A stretch of 64,000 nt of DNA, taken from the human T2T-CHM13v2.0 reference genome, Homo sapiens. The translations under genes and the position numbers were made by a program. The notes under the pieces are model-generated. The model saw only the letters and a program-made list of their open reading frames with translations, searched no databases and was not told the origin of the DNA. The DNA is taken from assembly GCF_009914755.1 (NCBI RefSeq), contig NC_060944.1. The stretch is one strand, 5' to 3'. Shown here in pieces: positions 1 through 13,610 of the stretch; within the stretch, counting starts at the first letter, position 1, and every line of letters starts with the position of its first letter.

Positions 1-7
1 TAAATAG

Positions 8-205
<198 letters not shown>

Positions 206-540
206 GAGTTCTTAACAACAAGACTGGTACATTTGAACCCCTTCCACCCCTTCCAGGCTGACTTTCCTGCTGAAGGTCAATGGCATGAAGACATAAATGT
301 CTGACCAAGCCTGGAGTGATCTTGTGATACATTAAAGAACAACCCAGAGCTGGGAGGCCCAGGATCCAAACTGAGTTCTTCCTCTCACTCTGTGACCTTT
401 AAGCAAGACACCTTCAGTGCCTCAGTTTCTCTGTCTGTAAAATGGGAAGAGATGAATTAGATAATACCTGAGTTACCATTTCAGCTCTAAAATTCAAGGA
501 TTGTTTAACAAGGAAAACCAAGCTAATCTGAGTAGCAGCC

Positions 541-733
541 GGGGCTCGCTTCATGGGATGTGACATGCAGAGTCACACGGCATTCCGCACCTGGAATAAC
601 CTGTGCTTAGAAGGAGCCTGCACTTGGTTGAATGCTCTGCTGTTGACATTTTTTAAATTCTGAATACTTTTTGAACAAGAGGCGATGCATTTTCATTTCG
701 CACAATGCCCTGAAAATTATGTAGCCGGCTCTG
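541..733 (+). mobile_element. MER91A-like hAT DNA transposon fossil
   Basis: Contains gcttcatggg...tggttgaatgctctgctgt...ttttgaacaagagg...aaaattatgtagccggctctg, resembling the MER91A consensus. Confidence 0.65.
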
Positions 734-741
734 ATAGTGTA

Positions 742-1682
<941 letters not shown>

Positions 1683-1916
1683 TATAACACATAAGTCACA
1701 CATTTTCATCATGAACTCCATGTCCTAACAACCTCCCATTATAATAAAACACTGCTTATAAAAGGCAGGCATTGAAACGTTTTAAGTTGGATTCAAAAAG
1801 TGGGAACATTCTTTACCAGACTCCAAAAACCATCTCCCTTCAACGGAAGCATTCCCTGGGACTCATGATCACTCTAGGTGTTAATATATAACTTATACAC
1901 AGATGCATTTGACTCC

Positions 1917-3140
<1,224 letters not shown>

Positions 3141-3541
3141 TCTTGCAAAGCCATTTTTAGGGATGAGCTCCTTATAGATTGAGAAAACAAGACAGTTTCA
3201 AACCTGACTTGCACTCCAATCTATCATCTCCTACAGAGTCTTTTAAAGCCCAAAGAGGACTTCTCTGTTGTGAGAAAACTATTTTCCAAGAGGGGATTGC
3301 AGCAAAAGGCCGTTAGTTGAATATGCCACCCTCCCACTGGGCAGGCACTGATGGCCATCAGTACCTCGTAAGACAGCAGGGTTCTACTAAAAGCCAACAC
3401 CCAAATCAACGTGTGGACTGTAGGAAGATGCCCCATTTGACAGCAGTAGAAGTCACAGGTCTGCAGGAGCTCCGCCAAGTCCATCCTGCAGGCATATTAT
3501 GTTTGGCCTGCCCAGTAATTTATTTTTAATCTGAACTAATA

Positions 3542-3762
3542 TTTTTATTTTTTTTAATTATATATTAAGTTCTGGGATACATGTGCAGGACGTGCAGGTT
3601 TGTTACATCAGTAAACATGTGTCATGGTGGTTTGCTGCACCCATCAACCCATCACCTAGGTACTAAGCCCCACATGCATTAGCTATTTATCCTGATGCTC
3701 TCCCTCCCGCACCTTCCTGGCAAGGCCCCAGTGCTTCTTGTTCTCCTCCCTGTGTCCATGTC
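3542..3762 (-). mobile_element. L1PA 3' end fragment inserted in a MER102-like element (~3470-3950)
   Basis: ttaagttctgggatacatgtgcaggacgtgcaggtttgttacat...atgcattagctatttatcctgatgctctccc. TSD gaactaa(t/c)attttta at 3533 and 3763. Confidence 0.85.
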
Positions 3763-4133
3763 GAACTAACATTTTTAAATTGGGAGATTTCACATAAAAG
3801 TCCAAAATTCCAACTTCTTAAAAAAAAAAGGCAGGCAGATCCCGCCACTCCAGGCCTACATTCCCGTATGGACCAATCGGCTGGAGGTGAGTAGAGGCTG
3901 TTCCCTGGGGATGCCCTCCTCCGTTTGCCCCAGCCCCCACCTGTCTTCCTCATTCATTTGTTCCACCTGCCGGGAGCCTGTGAGCTTGAGCGCCTGGGCT
4001 GCAGAGTCTTGATTCCTTCCACCTGGTCCCCGCACAACTACTTTGCCCTGGTTTTGTTTCTCCTCTTTGTTCCTTGCTTTCTAGCACGTTCCCCTCTGTC
4101 TTGGGTAAAAACGTTTAGAAGGAGGGCAGGCGT

Positions 4134-4433
4134 GCTGGGCGCGGTGGCTCACGCCTGTAATCCCAGCACTTTGGGAGGCCGAGGTGGGCGGATCACGAGG
4201 TCAGGAGATCGAGACCATCCTGGCTAACACGGTGAAACCCCGTCTCTACTAAAAATACAAAAAATTAGCCGGGCATGGTGGCAGGTGCCTGTAGTTCCAG
4301 CTACTCGGGAGGCTGAGGCAGGAGAATGGCATGAACCTGGAAGGCAGGAGCTTGCAGTGAGCCGAGATCATGCCACTGCACTCCAGCCTGGGCGACAGAG
4401 CAAGACTCCATCTCAAAAAAAAAAAAAAAAAAA
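4134..4433 (+). mobile_element. Full-length AluY-like element
   Basis: Has gagatcgagaccatcctggctaacacggtg and a poly(A) tail. TSD aga(a/g)ggagggcaggc. Confidence 0.93.
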
Positions 4434-6051
4434 GAGGGAGGGCAGGCTCAGTAAACCTGCCTCCCCCTTAAACGACGGTCCTTGATCTTAACTGAACAGG
4501 AGATGCCGCCATCCCTCTGCCAGGGAGGCTCCATCTTCTACCAAGGTAGAACCTCAAGGGGCAGGGTGGGTAGGGCTGGTTCGTTAGGGGATAGAGTATT
4601 GGTTAATATCTGCCCATCCCCACAATCATTTCTCACTCAATGTACCTGTCACCGTCGGCCCACTGTCCCCCCTCAGTCACCCAAGCTGTCTTCCCCTGTA
4701 TGCCCCAAGATCATTTCTCTCTCCATTCTCTTCCCTGCCATATTCTTTGCAGACTCAAACATCTGTACCGATTTCCTAATCTTTGAAGTCAGGGAGTGAT
4801 GAGGACAAGCTGGCTGACTCAGAGGTACCCATCATCAGCTCCCATCCGCACAACTAAACCCTGGAGCACACACCCCCACCGCCTCCAAAAAAGCACAAGA
4901 CATCGGCTGTTCTCTCCCTCTTTTGCTTCTCCATCAACACAATCACTAGACCTCACCTAAGCTCATAGTCACTTAGCTTATAAATGACTTCCTATGTCTC
5001 CCCCAACTTCACAAAAACATCTCTATCTGACTTTCAAATGCAAACAGGCATGTCTCATAGACGTTGGGTTTTTCTCCCCACCACCTCACCAGGAGCTCTG
5101 CATCTGTTAGACTCTCCACAAGCACCTCTGGACTCAGTGGCTCAGTGATTGAAGTGGGTCATCAGGACCCTACAGAAAAGACCCCAGAGGCTTGGTAGAA
5201 AGTGGATTTGTCCCTACAGGAACTCCTGAAAGTTACTGAGCTGGAGGAAAGAAATAAATTGAATTTAAAACAATAGTAAAAATGGAAGCTAACAGGAACT
5301 GACCCCTTTGTCTTTGCTGAGAGCGTCACAGACACGATTTCCTTTCAACCTTAAAGTACCCCCATGTGTAAGAATTACTAATAGCCCACTTTTCAGTTAA
5401 GGAAATGAGGGCGTGCAGCAGGTTGTGGTGTGACTTGCAAAGTCACACGTGCACCATGAAAATGGTTTTGTCTCGCACGAGTCTGATACTCATTACTGAG
5501 TCATGCTATTCCTGGGTGATTAGCTAAGGGTGGATTTGCCGAGGGACATTTCTGGATCAAGATGAAACCCGGAAAAGTCTTCATGACTGCCAGTGATAGC
5601 GGAGGGTGGAGGAGGAGCTGACGAGGGGAATCCAGGCGGGGCTGACAAGAAAGCACATCTGAAGTGGTTCGAATATTCATAGGATTGATGGCATCTACCC
5701 CTAGGTACCAAAGCCAGGGACCATCCCTGTGGAACCCTGGGGCTCGAGGGAACACAGTTTGAGAACCCTAAAGGAGAAAGCTCTATGGACTGGGAGGCAC
5801 TGCTTCTGAGCAGCTCTCCCGCCCCACACTGGCCCCAGCCATCTTCATCTCCTGCCTGGACCACTGCAGCAGCCTCCTGTTTGCCTGCCTAGCATTCACT
5901 CTTACCTGGCTAGAGGCTGCTCTCCCCTTAATGGGCAGTAAGACCATTTGAAAAGATTCATTAGACCACATACCACTGCTGCTGAACATTCCCCCAGGGG
6001 CTCCTGATTACCCCAGGAATGAACTTCAGACTCCTTACAAGATCCTATGTG

Positions 6052-6346
6052 GGCCGGGTGCGGTGGCTCATGCCTGTAATCCCAGCACTTTGGGAGGCCG
6101 AGTCAGGTGGATCATGAGGTCAGGAGATCGAGACCATCCTGGCTAACACAGTGAAACCCCGTCTCTACTAAAAATACAAAAAATTAGCTGGGTGTGGTGG
6201 CGGGCGCCTGTAGTCCCAGCTACTTGGGAGGCTGAAGCAGGAAAATGGCGTGAATCCGGGAGGCAGAGCTTACAGTAAGCTGAGATTGCCGCCATTGCAC
6301 TCCAGCCTGGGCGACAGAGTGAGACTCCATCTCAAAAAAAAAAAAA
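6052..6346 (+). mobile_element. Full-length AluY-like element
   Basis: Alu consensus with poly(A) and a perfect TSD aagatcctatgtg. Confidence 0.93.
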
Positions 6347-6613
6347 GATCCTATGTGATCCTGTCCCACGATCTTGTCTCCATCATGCTCCCCCTGCCCC
6401 TTCTGATCCAGCCCCACTGGGCTCCTTGCTGTTCACTGAGCATCCCGAGCACATGCCTCTCCTCAGGGCCTTTGCACACATCGCTCATTCTGCCTGGAAT
6501 GCTCTTCCTCCAGACATCTTTCAGGCGGATTCCTCACCATTCAGGGGTCAACCAAAAAAAGATATTGCCTTAGAGAGGAAGGGCTATCCAGCCCGAATGA
6601 GGAATCCTACTCT

Positions 6614-7071
6614 TGTAGATTGAATCGTCCCTCCTGACCCTACCAAAAAAATATATTCAAGTCCTAACTCTAGATCCTATGAATGGGACCTTATTTGGAA
6701 ATAGTGTCTTTGCAGATGTAATCAAGTTCAGATGAAGTCATACTAGACTTAAAGGGGTCCAGGCTAATGACAGCTGTCCCCGTGAGAAGAGGAATCAACG
6801 CACATGCACTCGGGAAGAAGGTCACATGAAGACAGAGGCAGAGATGGGAGTGACACAGCCACAGGCCACAGAGGGCCAAGGGTCTCCAGGAGCCACTGGA
6901 AGCTGGGAGAGACAAAGAAGGGTTTCCTCCTAGAGCCTTCAGGGAGAGCATGGCCCTGTGACACCTTGATTCAAACTTCCGGCCTCTAGAACTATGAGAG
7001 AATAAATATGTATTGTTTAAAGCCATTCAATTTGTGGTCATTTGTTATAGCAGCCACTGGAAACTACTACA
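6614..7071 (+). mobile_element. MLT1 (MLT1C-like) MaLR solo LTR
   Basis: TG...CA ends; gaccttatttggaaatagtgtctttgcagatgtaatcaagtt; ctagagccttcagggagagcatggccctg; AATAAA; ends ggaaactactaca. Confidence 0.85.
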
Positions 7072-8797
7072 CCCACCCACTCACCAGACACACACACACC
7101 CCAAGTCGTTCGCAACTCCATTCTCCTTTTAACCGTAACAGTGGCCTTTAGACTTCCTTTGGTCCCTGGTCCTTGACGGCATCTGAAGTCATCCTGGCTA
7201 TTTCCTGGCAAGCCTCATGAGGCCATGCTCTGTATCTGCCTCATTCACCGCTGAATCCCCAGCATCTTGGAAAGTACCCGGCACGTGATAGATCCCCAAA
7301 CATCTTGGTGAAAACACATTAAATGGTCAAGGGGGCATCTAAGAGGAGATGGAAACTGGGCTGGGCCTTCAAGAAAGATGTGAAGGAAAGGAGAGAAACC
7401 CAGATAGGAAGCCTCACTCAAGCACAGGCAAAGAGAGGGACCAACAGTGCCCGTGAGGAGGAGCGATAGCACAGGCAAAGGCCAGCATGGAAGCAGCAAT
7501 TTTGCTGGAGCCCGGAGCCCCGGAGTGTCAGGGGAAAGAAACACCCAGCTGGGCTTCAGCCACCCAGAGAAGCTCTGAGGAAAGGAGCCCCGGATAGGTC
7601 CATTGTGATAGAGAGCCAGAGAGAGGGGATGGGGGCTGCTAGGAGTCATTGCGTGGTGCAGAAAGTCAAGCAGGAAGGGAAGAGATTCCCCTGACTCCAG
7701 ACTTCGTGGCGGGCTGGCTCCTTTAGGGGGCTGGGGCCTTCCTCTTCAGCTCATCTTGGCTGAATAGTCCTGCTGCAGGAAGCAGTAAAGACTGGACCAT
7801 GGAGCCCTTAAAAACCAAGCTTTTGGCATCAGCTGGGCCTAGGGCTGCCCCATAAAATGCCTTGACCACTCCCCGTGTTCTCTAAAAGGAGGGTCCTACT
7901 CTATACCAAGCTCTCAGGGTTTTGTGGGTGTGTGTGAGAATCCAATGTGATAATATCTGTAAAGTGGCTGGCCTTAGGGTACACATCCAGTAGGGAAAAG
8001 ATGATCGCCCTATTATTATTATTCAGCATTACAGTCAGGGAGCAACAGGGGTGTGGGTTTGAATCCAGACTCCACCACTCGCTAGGGCTGCGACCCTGGT
8101 GAGTGACTCTATCTCCCTGTACAAAATGGGGAGGACGGGAGAGAGGATGCTTGAGGTGGCACATGAAAGGCCTTGGCATGGTGCCTGACACACGGTTGAC
8201 ACTCAGTGAGTGGTGGCTGCTGTCACTGTCATTGTCATTTGTGGCTTGTTGCTGTTATTGGGGGCTTATTTATTCCAGAAAACAAGAGAAATGTGAGTAT
8301 CTGTTGGATGGCCCAGGAGAAATCCTACTGAGGTCACCAGCTCCGGCTGGGACAATGTGGAAGTCAAAAGGTCACTATCATTGTTAAAAGGAAGCAGAAG
8401 AGAGTGAGACACAATGAGAGTGCGGTCCTTCAGCTTGTCCGAATGCTGTGGTCCTAACAAGCCACAGAACTTCTCCTGTGCTGCACTCATTCCTAACTCA
8501 TTCATTCATCCATCCATTTAACCAAAAGAATTACTGAACACCTACTAAGTGCCAGGCACTCTCCTAGCACTGAAGATACAGTGGTGACCAAGACAGGTGT
8601 GGTTTCTGGTTCCTGGAGTTCAAATCTGTTGGAGGACATGGACAAATAGTCAGATAATTACCATCAGTGTGATAAGTACCAGGATGCAAGCAGCACAGGA
8701 CAGAGGCCAGCAGAGCCCAGAGGAGGCCTCCCATCCAGGCTGGGCAGTCAGAGATTCTCAAATTCCTGTTCTAGCAAAGGAACAAAAATAGGAACCT

Positions 8798-9099
8798 GGC
8801 CGGCCATGGTAGCTCATGCCTGTAAACTCAGCACTTTGGGAGGCCAAGATGGGAGTATTACTTGAGCCCAGGAATTCAAGACCAGCCTGGGAATCATAGC
8901 AAGACCCCATCTCTACAAACAATTTAAAAAGTTAGCCAGGTATGGTGGTGCACCCCTCCAGTCCCAGCTACCCAGCAGGCTGAGGTGGGAAGATTGCTTG
9001 AGCCCAGGAGGTCAAGGCTACAGTGAGCCATGATCACACCACTGCACTTCATGCTGGGCAACAGAGTGAGACCATGTCTCAAAAATAAAAAAATAAAAA
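8798..9099 (+). mobile_element. AluJ-like element
   Basis: Diverged Alu with cttgagcccagga in both arms and an A-rich tail. Confidence 0.88.
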
Positions 9100-12065
9100 C
9101 TTGACCGGCTTCTTCCAGTCAGGAAGTAAAAATAATCAGTCATTTACATATTAAGTGTGAGTTATCCAATGAGAAAACGCATGAGAAAGTATTTAGTAAT
9201 TGGATTTAGGCATTGGTTTTTTTTGGGGGGGGCGAGGTAAATGTTGAAATAATAAATTATACAATAGTAATGACCGCAATTATTTTTTGAATGGGTACCT
9301 TCCGGATTATATTGTTTATTAAAGGATTGAGAACTTCCATAGATTATTTGCTGTTTCCCCTGCTTCCTACCACCCTCCAAAGACTTCTACTGCCTGGGAC
9401 CCTCCCCATAATTCAGCAAATAAATAGTTAAAGCCTGGCCCAGCAGAGAAGTGTCTAGGGGCCCTGCTCCTATGGTTCTGATTGGTTTGTATCTGGTTGT
9501 TACATTTACTAAATATTATTCTGGATAATATTAATATCACTCATAACATGGGGAAATTGAGGCACAAGTGAAGTAACTCATACAAGTGGCCAAGATTTGA
9601 ACCTCTGATTCAGACCTCAAGCTGTTAACCTCTTGGATAGTAGCAATGTTACCTGGGACCCAGTGGAGACTCACAGAAATAGGAGACCCGATCCCTGGCC
9701 TCAGGGGGCTTGTAATCTAGCCAAAGAAAGTTCTTAATAAAGTTAGTCATGGGAGTGTCTGGTGAAAGTGTGATTCTCTCTGGAGTCTGAGAAGAGAGGC
9801 TTGCAAGCTGGAGGGGCTTCCCTTCCTGGGTAGCAAGGGAAAGACTAGCCAGGAGGAGGGGTCCCTGGGAGGGGCTCTCAGTACAGAAAGCAGCATGGGC
9901 TTTGGAGCTGCCACACTGGCTGGCTGAGGACTTTCTTCTTCTACTAAGAGTGGAAGCCTTATGCTTTCATTTCCCTGAGGGAAGTCAAAGCAAGAAGCCC
10001 TCGCTAAAGCACAAATCAGCTGCTGCCTCAGTTTCACCACCTCTAGCAATAAGCCTTATACCCTCCACATCCTCCCATATGTCTCTTTCCCTTCCAGCAT
10101 ATGTCAGGGAACAACGTGGTATTGGGGAAAGATCCCAGAACCAGGCTCTGGTCCCACCTCGGTCACCTCATCTGTCAAATGGTATAAAAAATTATGATGA
10201 TGTTATTGAGTTTCAGAGACAGCAGAGCATATGGTGAAGAGTTCAAATTAAGGCTCTACCACTTTCTTCCTGGATAACACTTGGCCCATTGCCACACATC
10301 TCTGTGCCCAACCCCTCCTCCAGGAAGGAGACCATGATTGCAGTACTTATCATCTACAGTGTTATAACAATTAAAAGACTTAATGCTTGCAGAGCACTTA
10401 GCCCCTTGTCCTACTCCAGTCAATGATAAATTTATGTTTGCCGTCACCATCTAGGGCAGGAATTGAGCACTCACTGTGTGCCAGTCACTGTGCTCCTTAT
10501 CTGCTATGTGACCTTGGGCAAAGCCGGGTCTCACTATCCTCAACTGTCAGACAATACTATTTGGTGTGTGTTTACTGCATGTTAAGCACAGAACTGAGCA
10601 TTTTACATGCATCATTTCATACGATGCTCTTGACAATCCGATGAAGTTGATACTATCATTATTCCTTTTTGCAAATGAGAAAATTGAGGCTTCACAAGCC
10701 AAGATCTTAACCCTATCTGTGTCATTATAAAGTTCCAGTAAGTTTAAAAGTACTTTGGAAAGTAGAAAGTACTGCATCTCTTCAAAGAATGTTTACTGTC
10801 AAATCCAGTTTCTCCACAGCCTCAGTTTATTGTTTTGCATCTTTAATATAACAGGATTTGTAGCTAATATTTATGGAGCATTGACTATGACCAAGACACC
10901 ATTTTCGGTGCCTTATCTGTTTTACCTCATTGAATCTCATAACAACCCTGGAAGAGAGACATAATTATTGGCTCCATTTTACAGATGAGAAAAGTGTGGC
11001 ACAGAGAAGTTAAGTCACTTGCCCAAGATCACACAGTTGTGATGTGGCCAAGCAGAAATTCTAATGGAAGCAGAAGGCAGGGAGTCTGGGTTTGGGAGAG
11101 AACAAAGCTCACCCTGGGTTTGTTTATTGCTGAAATACTTTCCATCATCTCACTCAGATAAAACTGAACACACCTCTTTCAGATCTTCAGTTTTTCACAG
11201 GGCCAATGCCGCTTTCTGTGCAGAAAGTTTGGAATTTTTTTAAATGCAAATATTTCTCTTCTCTATTTAACGACCCCACCCATTGGATGGGATATTGGGC
11301 TTTCCCTCAAGAGACCACCGTGCAGGGCATAGTGGGAGCATTTGGATCAGCCTGTGTCAAGCCAGCTGTCTCTGATGCCTGGAACTGCATTCTATGTGCC
11401 CAGTTGCCTTGGCAGACCAAGTGTGGTTCGCCTGGAACAATCTGGTGCCCTTGTCTCCCACATGTACACACACACACACACACTGGTGTGCATACACCCA
11501 CAATCCCTGCACGCATGAGCATGGGCTGGGGAGGGTAGCTATTGAACACGCGCACACAAAATACCCACATTTTGAAACCTTAGCAGAACTAGTTCATACA
11601 CCTGGGGCACAGAGTTAGCAGCCTCAATAAAATTCGAGGCTTGTGTTAGATCACACAGTAAAACAGAAGCCCAGTTTCTCATCCAAGTTCTTTCTCTCTC
11701 TCTCTCTTTCCAAATGGAGCTAAATTTGGCATTAGGCTGACCTCCACCCCCACCACGAGAACATCAAACACCCGGTTTCAGTATTTATGACAGTAAAAAC
11801 CCTTTCTCGCCCTTAATATATCTGTCTTCTGTCTGAGAGCATTGCTTTTACAGATGATACGATATCAGTAAATTTTTTTTGCCATTATGTCATAGGCTTG
11901 ACCACTAGCAGAGGACAGGATAAACTGGTACCCGTTAAAACGTTCGAAGTCCTGGCAGGGTCTTGCTTTCAAAAGCGCAGCTCAGCTAAAACTATGTGTC
12001 ATTGAGGTCTGCCGTGGCAAAGCACACCGTTTACCTAACCCAAGGCATTTGGCTTCAATCTAGTT

Positions 12066-12174
12066 AAAAAAAAAAAAAAAGAAAGAAAGAGAGAGAAAGA
12101 AAAGAAAGAAAGAGAGAGAAAAGAAAGAAAGAAAGAGAGAGAAAGAAAAGAAAGAAAGAAAGAGAGAGAAAGAA

Positions 12175-12271
<97 letters not shown>
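12066..12271 (+). repeat. Compound microsatellite A(n)-(GAAA/GA)n-(GCAA)n
   Basis: About 170 nt of pure purines followed by a (GCAA)n run, read directly. Confidence 0.97.
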
Positions 12272-12272
<1 letters not shown>

Positions 12273-13301
12273 AAGCCTCTCAGGTTTATTTACTGAAATT
12301 GTCATTTCTTCCCCCCCCCACCCCCACACCCCGAACTTTAATCAGCCACGCAAAGCACAAAACCTACATTCAACTCTGATTTTATGACAGGAGGCTAACT
12401 CCTCCTCCGCGAATTTATTTCACTTAACTCTCGAAGCCCCTCCCACTTGGCAGCCAGGCCCTGCAGCCCCCAACGCAGTGCTCCCCTCTGAAAAACACAA
12501 CGCTTTGCCCATTTCCACTTTTAAAGACCGATTCGTTATTGTGGAGCCAAAGCCCCTCCGCAATCCCGACCAGATGGGACATTTTCATATCTTATGCTCC
12601 TTATAGTTAACCCCCTCCCATAAGATCCAAGTGGTGTGATACCAGGACTAAATCCAAGAGAAGGGGGAAAGAAGCAGAAACAGGGAAAGTACAGTGTAAT
12701 CAGATCCCCAAACAAACTGATGGTACATTGCACTTTAAAGGGGTAGCTGGAGGACTCTATCCAGCAGGCACATCAAAAAGGGGGAAGAAAATAGTTTAAA
12801 TGTCCCAGAGCATCCGCTGCTGCTGTAACTGTTAGAAAGCAAAGTCTTCCTTACTATACTTGCTGTATAGTAAAATGCCAAGCCTGTTCTCTTAAAAGAA
12901 AAAAAAGTAATAATAATAATACTGCAGCGTTATGGCATTTGCTGTCAAAAGCCGAGTGCTGAAACGGTTAAACAGCCAGCGGTTAGTAGCGAGAATCCCT
13001 CCCGGTGTCCCGTGGAGAGGAAAATCCTCCCGACAGACTGGCCTAGGGAATCCCGGCCTGGGACACTTCCCTGCCCCCGCGTAAAGTTGTCCAAAGTCGC
13101 CTTCCCAAGTGTCCCTTCCCTGGCCGGGGCGCGGGCGCCCCTCCGCGGGCCCCGCTACCTGTGCGCCGAGGGCGAGCGGGGTCCCCAGGCCTCCCGCACC
13201 GACCTCTGCCGGGAGCTGAAAGTGCTGCCCGGGACGGGAGCAGCAGGAAAGGGCCGGGAGGAGCGAGCGGAAAAGGCTGGAAGGGATCGAGAGTCAGTTA
13301 C

Positions 13302-13371
13302 CTTGGTCCACAGACCCCATGATGCGGAGGGGATGGCAGTGCCCCAGTCTGAACGCAGCCTCTCTCTGCAT
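13302..13371 (-). CDS. NFATC2: NFATC2 alternative (distal) first coding exon, N-terminus MQREAAFRLGHCHPLRIMGSVDQ
   Basis: The minus strand reads ATG CAG AGA GAG GCT GCG TTC AGA CTG GGG CAC TGC CAT CCC CTC CGC ATC ATG GGG TCT GTG GAC CAA G|gtaact. That is 70 nt (23 codons + 1) ending in a GT donor. The peptide matches the alternative NFATC2 N-terminus as I recall it. It sits in a CpG island below a TATA box, next to the ATP9A 3' end, which is the known gene order. Confidence 0.93.
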
Positions 13372-13604
13372 CTGGAGGGCACGGGGACTTGGCGCGTGTT
13401 TGGAAAGGGGGATCTGTTTGTATCGACCAGCAGCCGAGGGGACGCCGTCTTCTCTACCGCGTGCCCGCGGGGCTGCCCTGGCCGAGGAGCCTCGGAGCGA
13501 CCCGGGAGCTGCGCGCCTCCCGGCTCCCGGCTCGGCGGAGTCGGCGCGGCTCCGCGATCCGGCTTACTCCAGAGGCAACGCGACTTCCTTCCCCGCGCTC
13601 CGTG

Positions 13605-13610
13605 TTTATA
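13605..13610 (-). promoter_or_regulatory. NFATC2: TATA box (TATAAA) of the NFATC2 distal promoter; predicted TSS ~13575-13582
   Basis: The minus strand reads gaaagccTATAAAcacggagcgcgggg, ~235 nt upstream of the ATG, at the edge of the GC-rich 5' UTR. Confidence 0.75.

Noticed and set aside
12035-12329. F/L/S-rich 'membrane protein' ORFs
   Set aside because: They are translations of the (TTTC)n/(TTGC)n microsatellite.
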